A stretch of DNA of 63,821 bases, filler included, from Octopus bimaculoides (taxonomy: Eukaryota), in assembly GCF_001194135.2 (NCBI RefSeq). It is 5 parts of 5 records of this genome, joined end to end, with 100 filler letters (N's around TTAATTAATTAA, not from the genome) between each part and the next. Parts side by side here need not be neighbours in the genome. Positions count along the whole stretch, not along the records: positions 60,754 to 63,821 come from NW_026405665.1; 4 more parts are not named here. One strand, given 5' to 3'. Below are positions 63,663-63,821 of this stretch, piece by piece. The translations under genes and the position numbers were made by a program. Below the pieces are notes generated by a model. The model saw nothing but the letters and a program-made list of their open reading frames with translations, searched no databases and was not told the DNA's origin. Each line of letters starts with the position of its first letter. The first letter of the stretch is position 1.

Positions 63663-63821
63663 GTATGTACAACAAATCTTTCATTATTGGAAAACCAAAG
63701 GTCTTTGTATAATCATAAAAAGATGTCATCAAATTAAACTCAGAAAAAATGTCACCAAACTAAAATGAAAGAAAATGTCATCAAATTCACAGTTATTTAA
63801 TACAGTTGACAATAAATAGCA

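Overview
AT-rich, microsatellite-dense animal genomic DNA with many N gaps. The SINE/RTE repertoire looks like an octopus-type cephalopod genome (inference). I can support four protein-coding genes, all fragmentary. (1) One 89-nt minus-strand exon of prohormone convertase 2 (PC2/PCSK2) carrying the catalytic-His motif HGTRCAGEV at 16962-17050. (2) A 1491-nt first coding exon of a CFAP97/KIAA1430(Hemingway)-family gene at 31024-32514 (+). (3) Six exons of the decapping exoribonuclease DXO/Dom3Z at 47679-53825 (+), with intact GEVD/ELK catalytic motifs; the 5' exons are not visible. (4) Two 72-nt phase-2 leucine-rich-repeat exons at 61566-61637 and 63591-63662 (+). No other PC2 exon was found by eye, so the plus-strand genes may be nested in a very large PC2 intron. 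The rest is transposon-derived: three tRNA-headed SINE families, RTE and CR1 LINE remnants, Penelope-like remnants with minimal hammerhead-ribozyme-like motifs (one on a tRNA-headed element with an inverted tail), a Helitron 3' end, piggyBac-type MITEs, an internally deleted Gypsy element, a Merlin-like MITE with 281-bp TIRs, an 8-bp TSD and telomere-like repeats, and Merlin and Tc1 transposase relics. Almost all ORFs in the supplied track are microsatellite or gap artefacts. All homology calls are from motif recognition by eye, not database searches. Repeat boundaries are approximate unless a TSD or splice site is quoted.
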